The notes beneath the pieces are model-generated. The model had not been told where the DNA came from, ran no database searches, and was given only the letters and a program-made list of their open reading frames with translations. Below are positions 26,201-37,159 of a stretch of 64,000 nucleotides of DNA, one piece after another. Source of the stretch: Balanoglossus misakiensis (lineage: Eukaryota; Animalia; Hemichordata); NCBI GenBank assembly GCA_040954595.2, contig CM082592.2, positions 5,674,209 to 5,738,208 on the forward strand, read 5' to 3'. The translations under genes and the position numbers were made by a program. Within the stretch, counting starts at the first letter, position 1. Each line of letters starts with the position of its first letter.

Positions 26201-27963
26201 TGCACTGTTGGTAGTGTTTGTTATAATTTTAGAACCCAGTGTTTCGTTTATGTACATATGTATATATGTTTCAAAAAGCAGCTTTATTGATGAAAACCTT
26301 GGGTAGGGGGTTAATTTGGTAGACATTGGATCCGGTTATGAATCTCACCTGTATGTACAGTAGGTTACACACACTCACACATAAATAAATAAATGCAAGG
26401 CATGTCTTGAATAATGCTAAAAAAAATTCAAATTACATTTTTCAGGTGATCCATTGATTGCTCAGCTCAAGGAAGAAAAAGATCTTGCAGAAGGACAGGT
26501 GAGTGAAACCGTGCCTGCTTTTCTTATCAAATTCAGTTGAACAGCCCAGCAAAAGTTTTTCCACTGGTACCACTATCACAAACTAACATAATAACATTAA
26601 CATTGATCATTCATTACAGTGCATTCTGCATAAGCCATATATGTGAGAGAGAAAAATGTTGACATGAAATTTCACATGTGCGACTGGGAAATATCGGAAA
26701 ATCATTTTGTTGTTTTCACAGGTCAATTTCCTGAATTCAGTCATTGTTGACTTGCAAAGGAAGAACGAAGAGCTGCAGGCAAAGATAGACGCCATAGAGG
26801 AAAGTGGGATCAATGGAACGGATGAATTTGATGATTTTCAGTGAGTATCAATTCCACAGTGGTCATGAATGTCAGCTGATTTCTTTTTGTTTCAGTGTCA
26901 AAGTGTCAACCTCCACCCACAAAAAAAAACCCAAACAAACAAACCCAACAACAACATTACTATGGGTTCCGTGTCACTTTGCAGTTTTGATATGTAGCAT
27001 ACATATCAACTGTACACTGAACAATTTGTTTATCTAACACTGACAACAGAAAGAGAATAGAACAACAGCAAAGGCAGTGTTGTCGATTAGTAAAAAACTG
27101 AGGCAAAGCTTAGCTAGCAATTTCCGTCCCATGGTTTTCAATAGAAAGGTTCAATGTCGGCCTGTTCATTGTATATCCAAAAGTGAAGTGTTTATTGTTT
27201 TCATAATTCCTGGTAGAAAGCATGACATAAACACATGTAAATGATAAATCATTTTTCTTTTCTTTCCTGTACAGTTATGCTGGTCAGCGGATGACAGCTC
27301 CAAGATTGTTCTGTGACATATGTGATGTGTTTGACCTCCACGATACAGACGACTGTCCACAACAGGAAATGTCCGAAAGTCCGCCACCCTCGCAGTATCA
27401 CGGCAGTCGAGTGGAAGAGAGACCATATTGCGATACGTGTGAAGGTATGTCTATCATCATGAAGCTATCTTGTCTTTCTTAAACGTTTAATTCTCACCAG
27501 AAAGGACTTGACGTTCACATTAATTTGGTGGTATAGCACAATTAATTTCAAATTGCTAAAAAATTGATGCAAGGATCAAATCGCCCTAGACTGTTAGCTG
27601 GCACAAGTATAATCTGCGAGGCCATGCCCATCTTTCAACAATACACCAAATGTTTTCAGTGTACATGCACTTACTAAAGTGGTACCCCTCAACTGTAATA
27701 GGTGGTATATCCATGCACCAAACTGCCATTTTTGTTTTGCATGTGAATGAAAACGTCACTTTTGTTCAGTCAGCATGCAACATTCAATCTGGATAGTTAT
27801 AATCAATATTTCTCAGGATACCAGTATGTGGGACACAGTGTGGATAGCTTGCCCTGTGAGAACTTAGTGTCGTCATTGTTGTCCTAATTCTCCATCCTCC
27901 TTTTCTTCCTTTTCAGTGTTTGGTCACTGGACTATGGACTGCGATGACGAGCAGACGTACTGA
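5483..27963 (+). CDS. CLIP1: CAP-Gly domain-containing linker protein 1 (CLIP-170/restin ortholog), ~1221 aa, ~24 coding exons
   Basis: Hand-spliced GT-AG exons keep one frame (3666 nt): 5483-5594, 10380-10873, 11106-11248, 11470-11701, 12371-12478 (probably cassette), 14548-14589, 15823-15926, 16026-16086, 16372-16734, 17018-17075, 17328-17479, 17768-17856, 18003-18168, 19744-19959, 20385-20588, 20905-21149, 21696-21816, 22843-22895, 25611-25728, 25971-26166, 26446-26498, 26722-26840, 27275-27444, 27917-27963. Motifs: N-terminal [11 protein letters not shown]; two CAP-Gly domains with GKNDG; [11 protein letters not shown]; SGDSSQQL; CLRGEN; [14 protein letters not shown]; two zinc knuckles ([32 protein letters not shown]); acidic-aromatic end DDEQTY*. 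Confidence 0.96.
7096..7128 (+). other. Candidate 33-nt cassette exon of CLIP1 ([11 protein letters not shown])
   Basis: Long C/T tract ending tacag, donor GAAG|gtagga. Length is a multiple of 3, phase 1-1 matches the host intron, the frame is open, and TGCATG lies downstream. Confidence 0.6.
8461..8568 (+). other. Candidate 108-nt cassette exon of CLIP1 ([36 protein letters not shown])
   Basis: ctcag| acceptor and GAAG|gttagt donor; phase 1-1 and open in the CLIP1 frame. Confidence 0.55.
11831..11990. repeat. Degenerate ~47-bp minisatellite (about 3 copies) in a CLIP1 intron
   Basis: Recurring tagaaattcac..ttctg(t/a)aa.a.tca.a.ttga units. Confidence 0.7.
13764..13845. repeat. Interrupted (CA)n microsatellite
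   Basis: Visible CA runs. Confidence 0.85.
20129..20240. repeat. Compound trinucleotide microsatellite (AAT)n(CAT)n(CAC)n, intronic
   Basis: Directly visible. Confidence 0.95.
21363..21383. repeat. Poly-G run (21 nt), intronic
   Basis: Directly visible. Confidence 0.9.
22667..22763. mobile_element. ~97-bp MITE (piggyBac-like CCC..GGG ends), older copy of the family at 35700-35784
   Basis: Perfect inverted repeat accctttcacccct / aggggtgaaagggt; flanks tcga / tgga (decayed TTAA); interior resembles the 35700 copy. Confidence 0.65.
24236..24303. repeat. 21-bp tandem repeat x3 containing DR1-type nuclear receptor motifs
   Basis: agctagcaggccaaaggtcgc / agctagcatgtcaaaggtcac / atctagcaggtcaaaggtcat; perfect AGGTCAaAGGTCA at 24285-24297. 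Confidence 0.85.
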
Positions 27964-30900
27964 ATCATATCAGCCTGGACTTTGCCATTCACTGGGCAGC
28001 TCAGCTACAACCTTGAGAATTCGGCCATATCTCTTTAACTGCCAGTTTTTGTAACACGATGAACCCACCCTGAAATCCATCGCAGACGATGTATTTCTTT
28101 TTATCCAGTGTGTACAGCCATAGATGGGTACAGCGAATGATTATATGACTGTGGTTTCTTTTCTAGTTACTGCCCAAAACTTGCAGTGCAGTTTTGAAAA
28201 GTCACCCCATGTGACGTTTTGTTAAATCTTTGCTGCTGCTGTGTGTCAAAAGTCTCTCCTAGAAAAATAGGAGTATATAATGCATTTCCTGAGCTTTCAG
28301 TAAGATCAAAGATAAATTGATACACAGAGCGTCCATAGAGACTGTTTTGAAGTTTGCACACAGCAGTATGCTCAAGAGAGACTTGCTCAGCTCAGGTTTG
28401 AACGTTAATGTTTTTGCAACTGTGGACAGGTCACTAATATCATGCAGTATTGTCATGTGGCTCTTTGGCTTTTGTACGAATAGACGTCTGTAATAGTCCA
28501 GCTGATTTTAAAGTCCATATAGTCTTGGAAATCGGTGCGTATATAGAATAGAATGTGGAACTGGTATTTGTGTGATATGTATTGCTACAGTCTCTGACGA
28601 CAAAACTCCAGTTGAGGGAGTACTGGAAAAAGTTCCCACAAGTAGGATGGGATTACCCGAAATTTTTTGCCTCAAGTGTTTGAGGGCAGTGCAGGTCTCC
28701 TGTTGGCTATCCGCAGTCGAGTAGCATGATCCATCTTCAAAGAAAACAGTGTCTAACTCAGAACCACAATGTATAGTTATACATACCCATAGCATTGCAT
28801 GGGAAGAAGTGGAACCAAACCCACCGTGATAAATTAATGGAACTCTCCTCACACTCAAGATGCACAGAAAGAAAGTCTGTGCTGAAAAATCTCCGAACTG
28901 GTTTTGAACGAAGCTTATATCGAGGTTCGTTTTCCCTGCTGAACTGGTTTGACTGGAATTTTTTATAGCAATTCCTTCCTGACAAGTGTCTCCGTTGCTT
29001 GTTGTTGTACATAGTGTGTACAGTCAGTATGTATTTATTGACATCGGAGTGATGTGAATGTTGTGTAAGGACCTCCATGCGTTTTCCTCAAGACGTCTTG
29101 GGCTATGCTGGATGATGTTCGGCGCAAAGAAGTTGCCGGAATTTGAAAATGTTGTGTTGTGTGTCGCATTTTTTCCTTCGGTCTCTCCTGCATGTGAGAT
29201 GTTGTACATCTGGTATATTCTAAAAGTCTGTTGAACCCCTGTGCAATTAAGTTTCCCCCACCATACTTGGACAAGAATTCCTCTGGATTAACATTTGTTT
29301 TTCTTCAAAGTCAAGCATTTCCTGTGTGTGACAAATATACCGCATCACAACTGAGACAAGGTGGAAGAAATTTTATTCGAGAACTCACTGTAAATTTTTT
29401 CTGACAGTGGTTTGTGTCTTTAACACTCTCGCGTGTATTCTGGTTTTAGTATTGAACTAGATGTGTGCGCAGATAGCACCTTACATGTATCTGTATGTAA
29501 TGTTCTGTCCTTCCCCCTAAAACCTGTAACCCCTCGCATTCTGGCATTAGTACTATAACCCAGTTGTTTCGCATTGTCAGCTAGACCATACTAAAAGGAA
29601 TGAGGGGGTGGCATGTTTTGGAAAGGGGGTATTTGGAGTTGTTTGTATATTTTGATGATGTTACAAACGGCAACATTTTTTGAGCATTTTTCATAAAATA
29701 ATTTTTTCAAGAACATTGGGTAAAATGTTGGTAAATTGAACATTTGCCATAGTGCAGATAAATATTGATTTCATAGAAAATAAAAGGGTGATTTCACAAC
29801 GAAAAGAAAATTTTGATAAAATTATCTTTGATGAATTGTAGCATTTAGTATTGCATGAAATGTTATGCCATATGTATTGGGAAGCGTTCCATTAAATTTT
29901 GTTCAAAAGTAAATTTCATGAGTTTAACAAAGATATTTATATATAAGCTATTTTTGTAATGAAAGCAAAATTTTTTTGTTTGTATATATACATACTCAAT
30001 GTTTCTAATTCCTGGCAAGTTTGTCTTCGTGGACACTGTATATTTATCAAAAGAATCATTTTGAAGTGATGTATGTTTTTGCCATTTTTTTGTTGCAGTG
30101 TTTGTAATTCTTTTCCAGCGGTGTCTGGATCTTCATTTCAGAAAGTTGCCTGCAGGGTCATTTCGCGGTTGCCTGGTGTTTTGTAAGGTTTAACAAGTAT
30201 AAGGGGTGGGATTCTAGTACAGTGGGGGATATATTGTGTCTTATTATGGTAGTCATTTATGGAAATTAAGCATCCATCCCAAGCCCTCTTGCCTCAAGTT
30301 CACTGTTCAAACCTCATCATGGTGAGGCTGAACTTATTTTCATCATGTAAACCTTTTCAAGAAAACTTCATTACAAGAAAAACAATTTTTCTGTAGATCC
30401 ACAGAATGGTGTGTGTCATAACCCACCAGACTGAACTAGCAGAAGGCACACCAGATGTGAACGATCATATCAAAGTTTTCTTACTTGTATTGCATGCTTG
30501 CCGAGGTGTGGGGATTCTGAAACTTACAATGTTCTTGCCAAATGGCACAGAGATGAAAGATACGTCATATCAATGAATGGGTACAATTCCATTGTGGTAC
30601 ATATTTGAAGAAGTACTTCCTTGGGTGTTTTCCCAGCTGAAAAATCGAACAACTAAGAAAATCTGTTCACCTAGTATAACAGCTACCTCTGACTTTTCTG
30701 GTTTAGTTTTGTACGAGTTGTTCGTGAAGCATCTTCTCATTTGGCAGACTCACTCAGATGTCGTTTTATTTTAACCATTACATTTACAAACTGCCCTTCA
30801 ATATTTTTGACCACACTGTATTGTAATGTAGTTACACTCCCTGTTTATGTTTGTTGCTTCACATGTGGTTGTGGAGTGGAAATTTCCAGGAAGTGTACAA

Positions 30901-31609
30901 AGTACACAAACAAGGGTTTGACAGCAATGACAGTATACCATGCTTATAATAGAGAAATAAGTGAATTTGCCAGGCAGGCTGTCTTCCTAAAAGCGTATAT
31001 AATCCAACAAAATAGAACAGGTGATGGCTAATATACTATGCATACTCGAAGTAGAATTGAAACGGCACCTATGTAATTAATTCAAGCAAACAAGAGACCT
31101 TTGTAAGATGCAAATATCAAAATTCAGAGATATGTATATAATTTAAACTTGTTTTGTTTTTCCGAGGATTTTTTTACCTGGCAATATTGACTTGCCATGA
31201 CAGATAGCATTGATGGGTCTGATATTATTGTAGGCTAGACAACTGTGGTGGATGTCAGGAAATGTATATTGCACTTATAAGAATCCCAACATGAATTCAG
31301 GGGCACTCGCCACTTTCTGTGTAATCATAGATACCGTAATGAGCAATTTATTTATTATCTGCATTTTGGAATCTGCAATGGAAACTTCATAGATATTTCC
31401 TGTTGTGGCTGGGTACTGTTTAATACTTGGATGGTGGAATTCATTCACAATGTTTTATAATTGTACTACATTTTATAATTGTACTACATAATAATATTGA
31501 ATATTCACAGTGGTTGGTATATTGTCACTGGTGCTAATGTAAATCTGTATAGTGTCACTCATAAGCTTCACTATGTTGCCAAATTTGTGATTCATCCCTT
31601 TTTTGCAAC

Positions 31610-31633
31610 AATAAAAGAGAAAATCTGAATAAA
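31610..31633 (+). terminator. Probable CLIP1 polyadenylation signals (3' UTR up to ~3.6 kb)
   Basis: Two AATAAA (31610, 31628) followed by a GT-rich element (ttggttatgtggttgttttt), just upstream of the NCBP3 promoter. Confidence 0.55.
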
Positions 31634-32051
31634 ACTTGGTTATGTGGTTGTTTTTATTGATTACTTAAATGAATAAAGTTGACATATAGGACGTTATTTT
31701 GTATGAAAAATTTCTTTGACATCTGAAAATTTCACAGGTTACCGTGTTCAAATCAGCGATATCAAATAAAATACCTTGGTATGGTAATGTGACTGGAACT
31801 GTTCCGCCATTTCTTTGAATAAGAAACTGACGAATATACACTTGTAGGAGTTAATAATTTGTTATAGCGGACTTTTGGGGATTGTGTATATATAATGTAA
31901 CATAATTTACCTCGATCACAGAACAACAATGTCGACATTTGTTTCTATGAGAGCGGTAATGCAGAAAACAAAGGTACAATACCCTATTGTAACAGAGGGC
32001 GAACTTCGCCTGATGCATGACGGTAGTTGTCGACGGTAGTTGTTTACCAGG

Positions 32052-32061
32052 AAAATGGCGG
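32052..32061 (+). promoter_or_regulatory. YY1-type motif overlapping the NCBP3 start codon within a CpG-retaining promoter
   Basis: AAAATGGCGG; locally CpG-rich at about 31980-32290. Confidence 0.45.
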
Positions 32062-35000
32062 ACACCACCGAAAGTGAGGAAGTGGATACGAAAGCAGTCG
32101 CAAGCGACGACGACGCTTTTAATATGGAGAGTTCGAACAGCGAAAACTCAGACGATGAGACGAGGGATAGGATAAAAACGAGAAATCAGTCGAAGCGAGA
32201 ATATACCGATGAAAGGGTATACAAATCCTTATCGGAGATGACGGTAAGTTGTAATGTAACGCGAACGCGGAAATTGCGAAGCCAAACAAAATCCACTGTA
32301 TCAAATAGATACTAGTAGCTTCTTCACACAGTGCTTCTTCGCTAAAATAGTATATTGGAACAGAGAACAAATCTACATTTGAAAATTCCCATGTCCAATA
32401 AGCTCTACAATACCAAATCCCCTCGGTCGAATACCAATGTACTCAGCCATAGCCACAACACCGACACTTGTGTCCTGTACGTTATGTAGACCCATGTGAA
32501 ACCCTATGGTCGAACATTACCACATTAGAAATGAAGGGTTGGTCGCTGAAAATTATCTTTATTGCTTGTATAGGTATATATGTCTGATGTGTGTTAACTC
32601 TTTGTAATATTTCAGGGTGAGAATGTCAGAAGATATGCAAATAAGGCTGGTGACTTTGTTACTGGATTTGATGTGACATCACAGGTGAGGCAGGCAGTTA
32701 TGTATATCAATCATTGAATCAAGTTTGACACCTTGCATTTGTCCACTGTCTTTGTTGTAGGGCACACTGACAATCACTCCAAACATGACACATGTGTGGT
32801 GCAAAGATCTGTCACTGACTGTATGGAACATTGTACCTGTATAAAAGAGAACAGTGATGATTCCAGAAGTCTTTGTTGTGCTCAGCTGACATTAATATAT
32901 GAAAAATTGACTATATCCAGGAGCACAAAGCAAAGAGGGAACTTCGGGCCAAGAGATTCGGAATCCCGGAAAGCGAAGAAAAGGAAGACAACGAAGAAAT
33001 GATGGATATTGATGAACCAGTGCTGAGCAATAAGTGTAAGTAGACATTATTATGTCTTTCATCAGATGAAATTCTCTTCCCAGCCAACTGATGAAATATC
33101 TTGACCGATAATATTCTTGATCATTGCATTTAGGCCTTTGTTTTAATGTACACTAAACATTGCACAGTTCTCAAAATATGTCAATTATCATATTATCTCT
33201 TCTCGCATCTCTCAACACAGTTGACAGTGATGTCCGTCCTGAGGCCCTGCATATCATGGGAGTGGACGAAATGAGCACACAGGATTTATTTACATACTTC
33301 AAACAATTCCAACCAGGTTCCATCGAGTGGATCAATGATACCTCATGTGAGTTTGTGTATTTTCAGACATTTTAAAACACTCTGATAGCAGTGTAGCTCT
33401 GCCAGAATATCACAACCATGACATGTGACACAATAATGTCATATTTCTCTCAGTGTGAGCCTTTTTATTGTCAAACTACCAGTTTTATGGCCATGAGGGA
33501 AATCCTATACGTGTTGCTAGATGTTGGTTTTTGAAAGAAACCTTCGTCTGGGTTCTAGACTTCAATAAAGAACATATAATAGATCTTTGGAATCTCAACG
33601 TTTCTTTCTTCATTGCAGGCAATGTAGTATGGCTGGATCCGAACACAGCCAGGCGGGCGCTTTTAGCACTGAGTAAACCGCAAGCGAAAACAACATCAAC
33701 AAATCCACAAAGAGCGGCTGCTGAAGATAATCTGAACGAAGGTGTGTCTCACTTTCAGAGTCTGTAGAGTGTGAGTGACATGCAAAAGTTGTCATCTGTT
33801 AGTCTGTGATGCTTCACACCCCTAGCCATCGTGATGTACTCTGCTTATTATGCAGGCCGGTTTATTTTCTCCAACAAGACTGCAACTAACATATCTTTGT
33901 TTTTTTCTTCTCCCAGCAGAAGACGTTGATTTCTTAGACTTAGAAACGAACACCGAAGACAAAGAAACAGGGGAGTTGGAGAGACCACCCATGAAATCCA
34001 AGCCAACGCCGGTAACGTTTGAAAGCGAAGAAACCGGTGAAGTAACCACGGGGGAATCTGGAGAGTCTCTGGAACAAGGAGCTGAAGTATTAAGAGTAGC
34101 CGTGCCCCACCCAAAGGCAAAGAATATGTTACTACGCTATGCAACCAAAGGTATGCTGTGGCTTGAACATTCTTTGGGGGGTGATGTACCCCAAAGGGGA
34201 CAGAGGTCAACAGAGGTCAGGGTTCAAAGGGTTAAATTCATTTTGTCAAATGATTCCGACACGCCTGGAAAATCTTAAGTTCCCTATTCAATTCACCAAA
34301 TTTATTTTGTGTTTTGTTTCAGCTGACAAAAAACAGCAAGGAGCTGCCAAAAAAAGTAAATATTACGTAAAATATGGAAATCCCAATTTTGGTGGAATGA
34401 AAGGACTTATTAGCAATTCAATGTAAGTATGAATGCAGTCAAATTGTGCATTTTTTGAACATCACAGAAAACTGGGATTTGTTTTATTTATATTTATATG
34501 AAACTGGGTAAGAAATGCTTTGCACTAGCCCTGGAAGAATATTGTACAGTGATGTCATCTAAATTATTATCAATCATGTGGGAGAAGTTGTCTTCCAAAT
34601 TTCAAAATAATGTCAGAAGTTGTCAAGCTTTATGGAGATGTCTCTTCTGTATTTTCCCACCAGGAAACGGAAAATAAGGGAAGGCAAAGTAATTCCCGGC
34701 AGACGGAAAAAGCGAACCGGAAGGTCACTTGTCAGTTACACCGACCTGGACGTCTTCAGCGATAATGTACCTCGGTCGAAGAAGAGGAAACGGGAGGAGG
34801 AATCTGAAGATGACGATGAAGACGGAGGAGAAGAAGATGAAGAGAAGGGGGTTGATTCGGAGATTGAGCAGATGGAATTGGAGGTCGAGCGACTGACACG
34901 GCAGCCGGAGGTGAAGAGGGTGCGAGGAATGTACGCTGACGAAGTTGAGGAGAAAATAAGATCCATCAGGTCGGTGGCAAGGCCGGGTCTTATTTTCAGG

Positions 35001-35663
35001 TTGTGATTATTTTATGGCGTTGAAATCAAAAGTCGACACCAGTAAAGAATTTGTAACGTGTTCAATCATACTGGATTGGAGTTAAAGATCCATTACGAAT
35101 CTCACAGAAAGGCTTTGTTCACTGGAAATATTTGGAAGCACGGTTACCATTGTTGGAATCTGAAACCATGCAGTGTTGGTCTACTCAGTGCAATGTTGTT
35201 TTGTCTGGCTTTGAATGGGTGACTGCAGTAAGGTGTTTTTTGTATTGTCTATGGGAATACACAAATTGGATGATGATGATGTGACAGTAAATAAATTGTA
35301 GCGTGGGGGTTGTGTAGCTATTAAAGCAGAAAATAAAACGTTTGTTATTTTGTCATTTTTGGCAGGAATCAACAAGTCAGACCGGGTGACGTGAAAGTGG
35401 TGTTGGACGCCAGGCAGAGAATCGAGACCAAATTGAAACAGAGACTCCATGCCACGGCCACGATCGACTCGGCTGATGAAATTGACCACAAACAAAATCT
35501 GACCGTGGTTTTCAGTCCGGGCAGTGACCAGAGGCCGAAAGCGGGCGGCAGCGAGAACAGCGACGTTCTGCCAGATTTACGAACAAAGCTGATGAACAGA
35601 CAGACCAGCAAACGATTGCTGGAAAACCTACCATCTCTTTGCATCGAAGTTAATGACACTTGA
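32055..35663 (+). CDS. NCBP3: Nuclear cap-binding protein subunit 3, ~519 aa, 9 exons
   Basis: Exons 32055-32243, 32616-32684, 32921-33035, 33221-33346, 33619-33741, 33917-34150, 34323-34422, 34664-34969, 35366-35663 (1560 nt). Motifs: RRYANKAGDFVTGFDVTS, RAKRFG, RRM segment GVDEMSTQDLFTYF..IEWINDTSCNVVW, SKYYVKYGNPNFGGMKGLISNS, MYADEVE, C-terminal LENLPSLCIEV. Confidence 0.95.
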
Positions 35664-35699
35664 CTTTAATACAGGACTTTACATTACAAGGGACTTTAA

Positions 35700-35784
35700 C
35701 CCGTTCGCCCCCAGTTCCCTCTGTAGAGGTCTAACTTTCCCATTGGAAACAGTGGATTTGGATCGAACCATGGTGGTGAAAGGG
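35700..35784. mobile_element. 85-bp piggyBac-like MITE with TTAA target-site duplication in the NCBP3 3' UTR
   Basis: ttaa|cccgttcgccccca ... tggtggtgaaaggg|ttaa: imperfect terminal inverted repeat with TTAA on both sides. Confidence 0.75.
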
Positions 35785-36496
35785 TTAAAGTATGAAGATG
35801 TGCTAAGTGATTTGTTCATGCTTTCTTTCACAATATCATAATCACTTATCAATACAAATGGATTTCCAAGGTACGAATCCCAAATATTTTGCAATTGTGG
35901 CCACAGAGGGCGCCATAAACCTCTCCCACACTCTCAGGGGCGATGTTCTGTAAATTTCCAATTTAATACTAGTGATAGACTATTTATAGAAGCCCGTTTC
36001 TATACATGATACATGCCTTATATTTTGCAGATTTTGAATTATTCTGCAGTTTATATTATCAGTACTCTTACAATGTGGCCCTATATCGATTTTTGTGTGT
36101 GTATATTTGCATATTCTGGCTCAATTTTTTTCTTGACATAGTGACAAGTTGCCCGTCTTAAGTTATCAGTTGTTTGGTCTCTACAGTCTTACACAGGTTC
36201 GATTTGTCAGATACGGTGATGCAACTATCTTTGGGGGGGGGGGGGGGTTCCCGTGGGGAAAATCAGCCTTTACCACCAAGTGGTGTCATGCAAGACTTAG
36301 ACAGCATATATTATACCCCCTTCTTATATATATATGCATACCACATTCCACAAAGCTGTTTCGGAAGAAATTAAAATCGAGGAATAAATTTCCGATGCAA
36401 TGCAAAATAAGAAAATTGCAAATAATGTACTGTGATATAAAAGAATGTTTTTTTATCTTTTGGCTAAAGGGTATCTTCTTTGTTTATGTCATCACA

Positions 36497-36502
36497 AATA
36501 AA
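36497..36502 (+). terminator. Probable NCBP3 polyadenylation signal
   Basis: AATAAA with T/GT-rich sequence downstream. Confidence 0.5.
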
Positions 36503-36849
36503 CAAGCAATTTCTTGAAAAAAACACCTGAAGTTTTTTATGGTTTTGTGTCCAGAAAGTTAATTTCGGTGTTCATTCATGAACCATCTTTACATTGCATT
36601 GGTTTCATAAATTGTATGTATGTATGTAATATGTATCAGTGTTATGAGGTTATTACGAAAATGCCGGAAAGCATGCATGCTGCACTAAATGTTTTGTGTT
36701 TATGAAGTTTTAAAGGGGGAAAATGCAACATTTTCGTTGTGTTTTGCATTTTCCCATTGTGGCAGCCATATTCGTATGCAGCAAAGCTTTAAAATTAATG
36801 TTTAAAACTTGTAAATACATCTTCTTATCCAAGTTTCCAAAGTACTGAA

Positions 36850-36866
36850 TCTATTTTTTGATTAAA
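36850..36866 (-). terminator. snRNA 3' box of U1
   Basis: Minus strand TTTAATCAAAAAATAGA starts ~5 nt after the U1 end and resembles the (G)TTT-N-AAA-RNN-AGA 3' box. Confidence 0.6.
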
Positions 36867-36870
36867 TGTA

Positions 36871-37035
36871 AGGGGATAGCGCGAACGCAGTCCCCCACTA
36901 CCAGAAATTATGCACCCGAGTCACCCGCATTTGGGGTGATCGCAGCCTTCAGCCCACTCGGTAGTGCAATGAGAGGGCCTCTGACTGAAGGAACCGCCGT
37001 CTTGATCACGGTTAACCTCTGTGCCAGGTAAGTAT
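36871..37035 (-). ncRNA. U1: U1 spliceosomal snRNA (165 nt)
   Basis: Minus strand reads ATACTTACCTGG..., with loop I GATCAAGACG, U1A loop ATTGCAC, Sm site AATTTCTGG and 3' stem GGGGGACTGCGTTCGCGCTATCCCCT. Stems are preserved by compensatory changes. Confidence 0.98.
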
Positions 37036-37057
37036 GCTATATTATCGGCGATAGAGG

Positions 37058-37159
37058 TATATAAATCGTGATTTCAAAAATCTTACAATGGTTTCAAGAA
37101 AGCAACTGGAATAGCCAATGAGGAAACAGCCCTGAGTAGTTATCTATGGTTATGCAAAT
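37058..37159 (-). promoter_or_regulatory. U1 upstream elements: TTTATATA at -30..-23, CCAAT box (37115), octamer ATGCAAAT (37152-37159)
   Basis: Motifs read directly, at positions typical of snRNA promoters. Confidence 0.6.

Noticed and set aside
28167-29274. Minus-strand ORFs in the CLIP1 3' UTR
   Set aside because: No domain features or splice structure; expected by chance.
31453-31488. 18-bp direct duplication in the CLIP1 3' UTR (also a 13-bp one near 12505 and a ~24-bp one near 56592)
   Set aside because: Ordinary slippage duplications with no evident function.
35897-35915. CTCF-like motif gccacagagggcgc
   Set aside because: Only a partial match to the core; no independent support.
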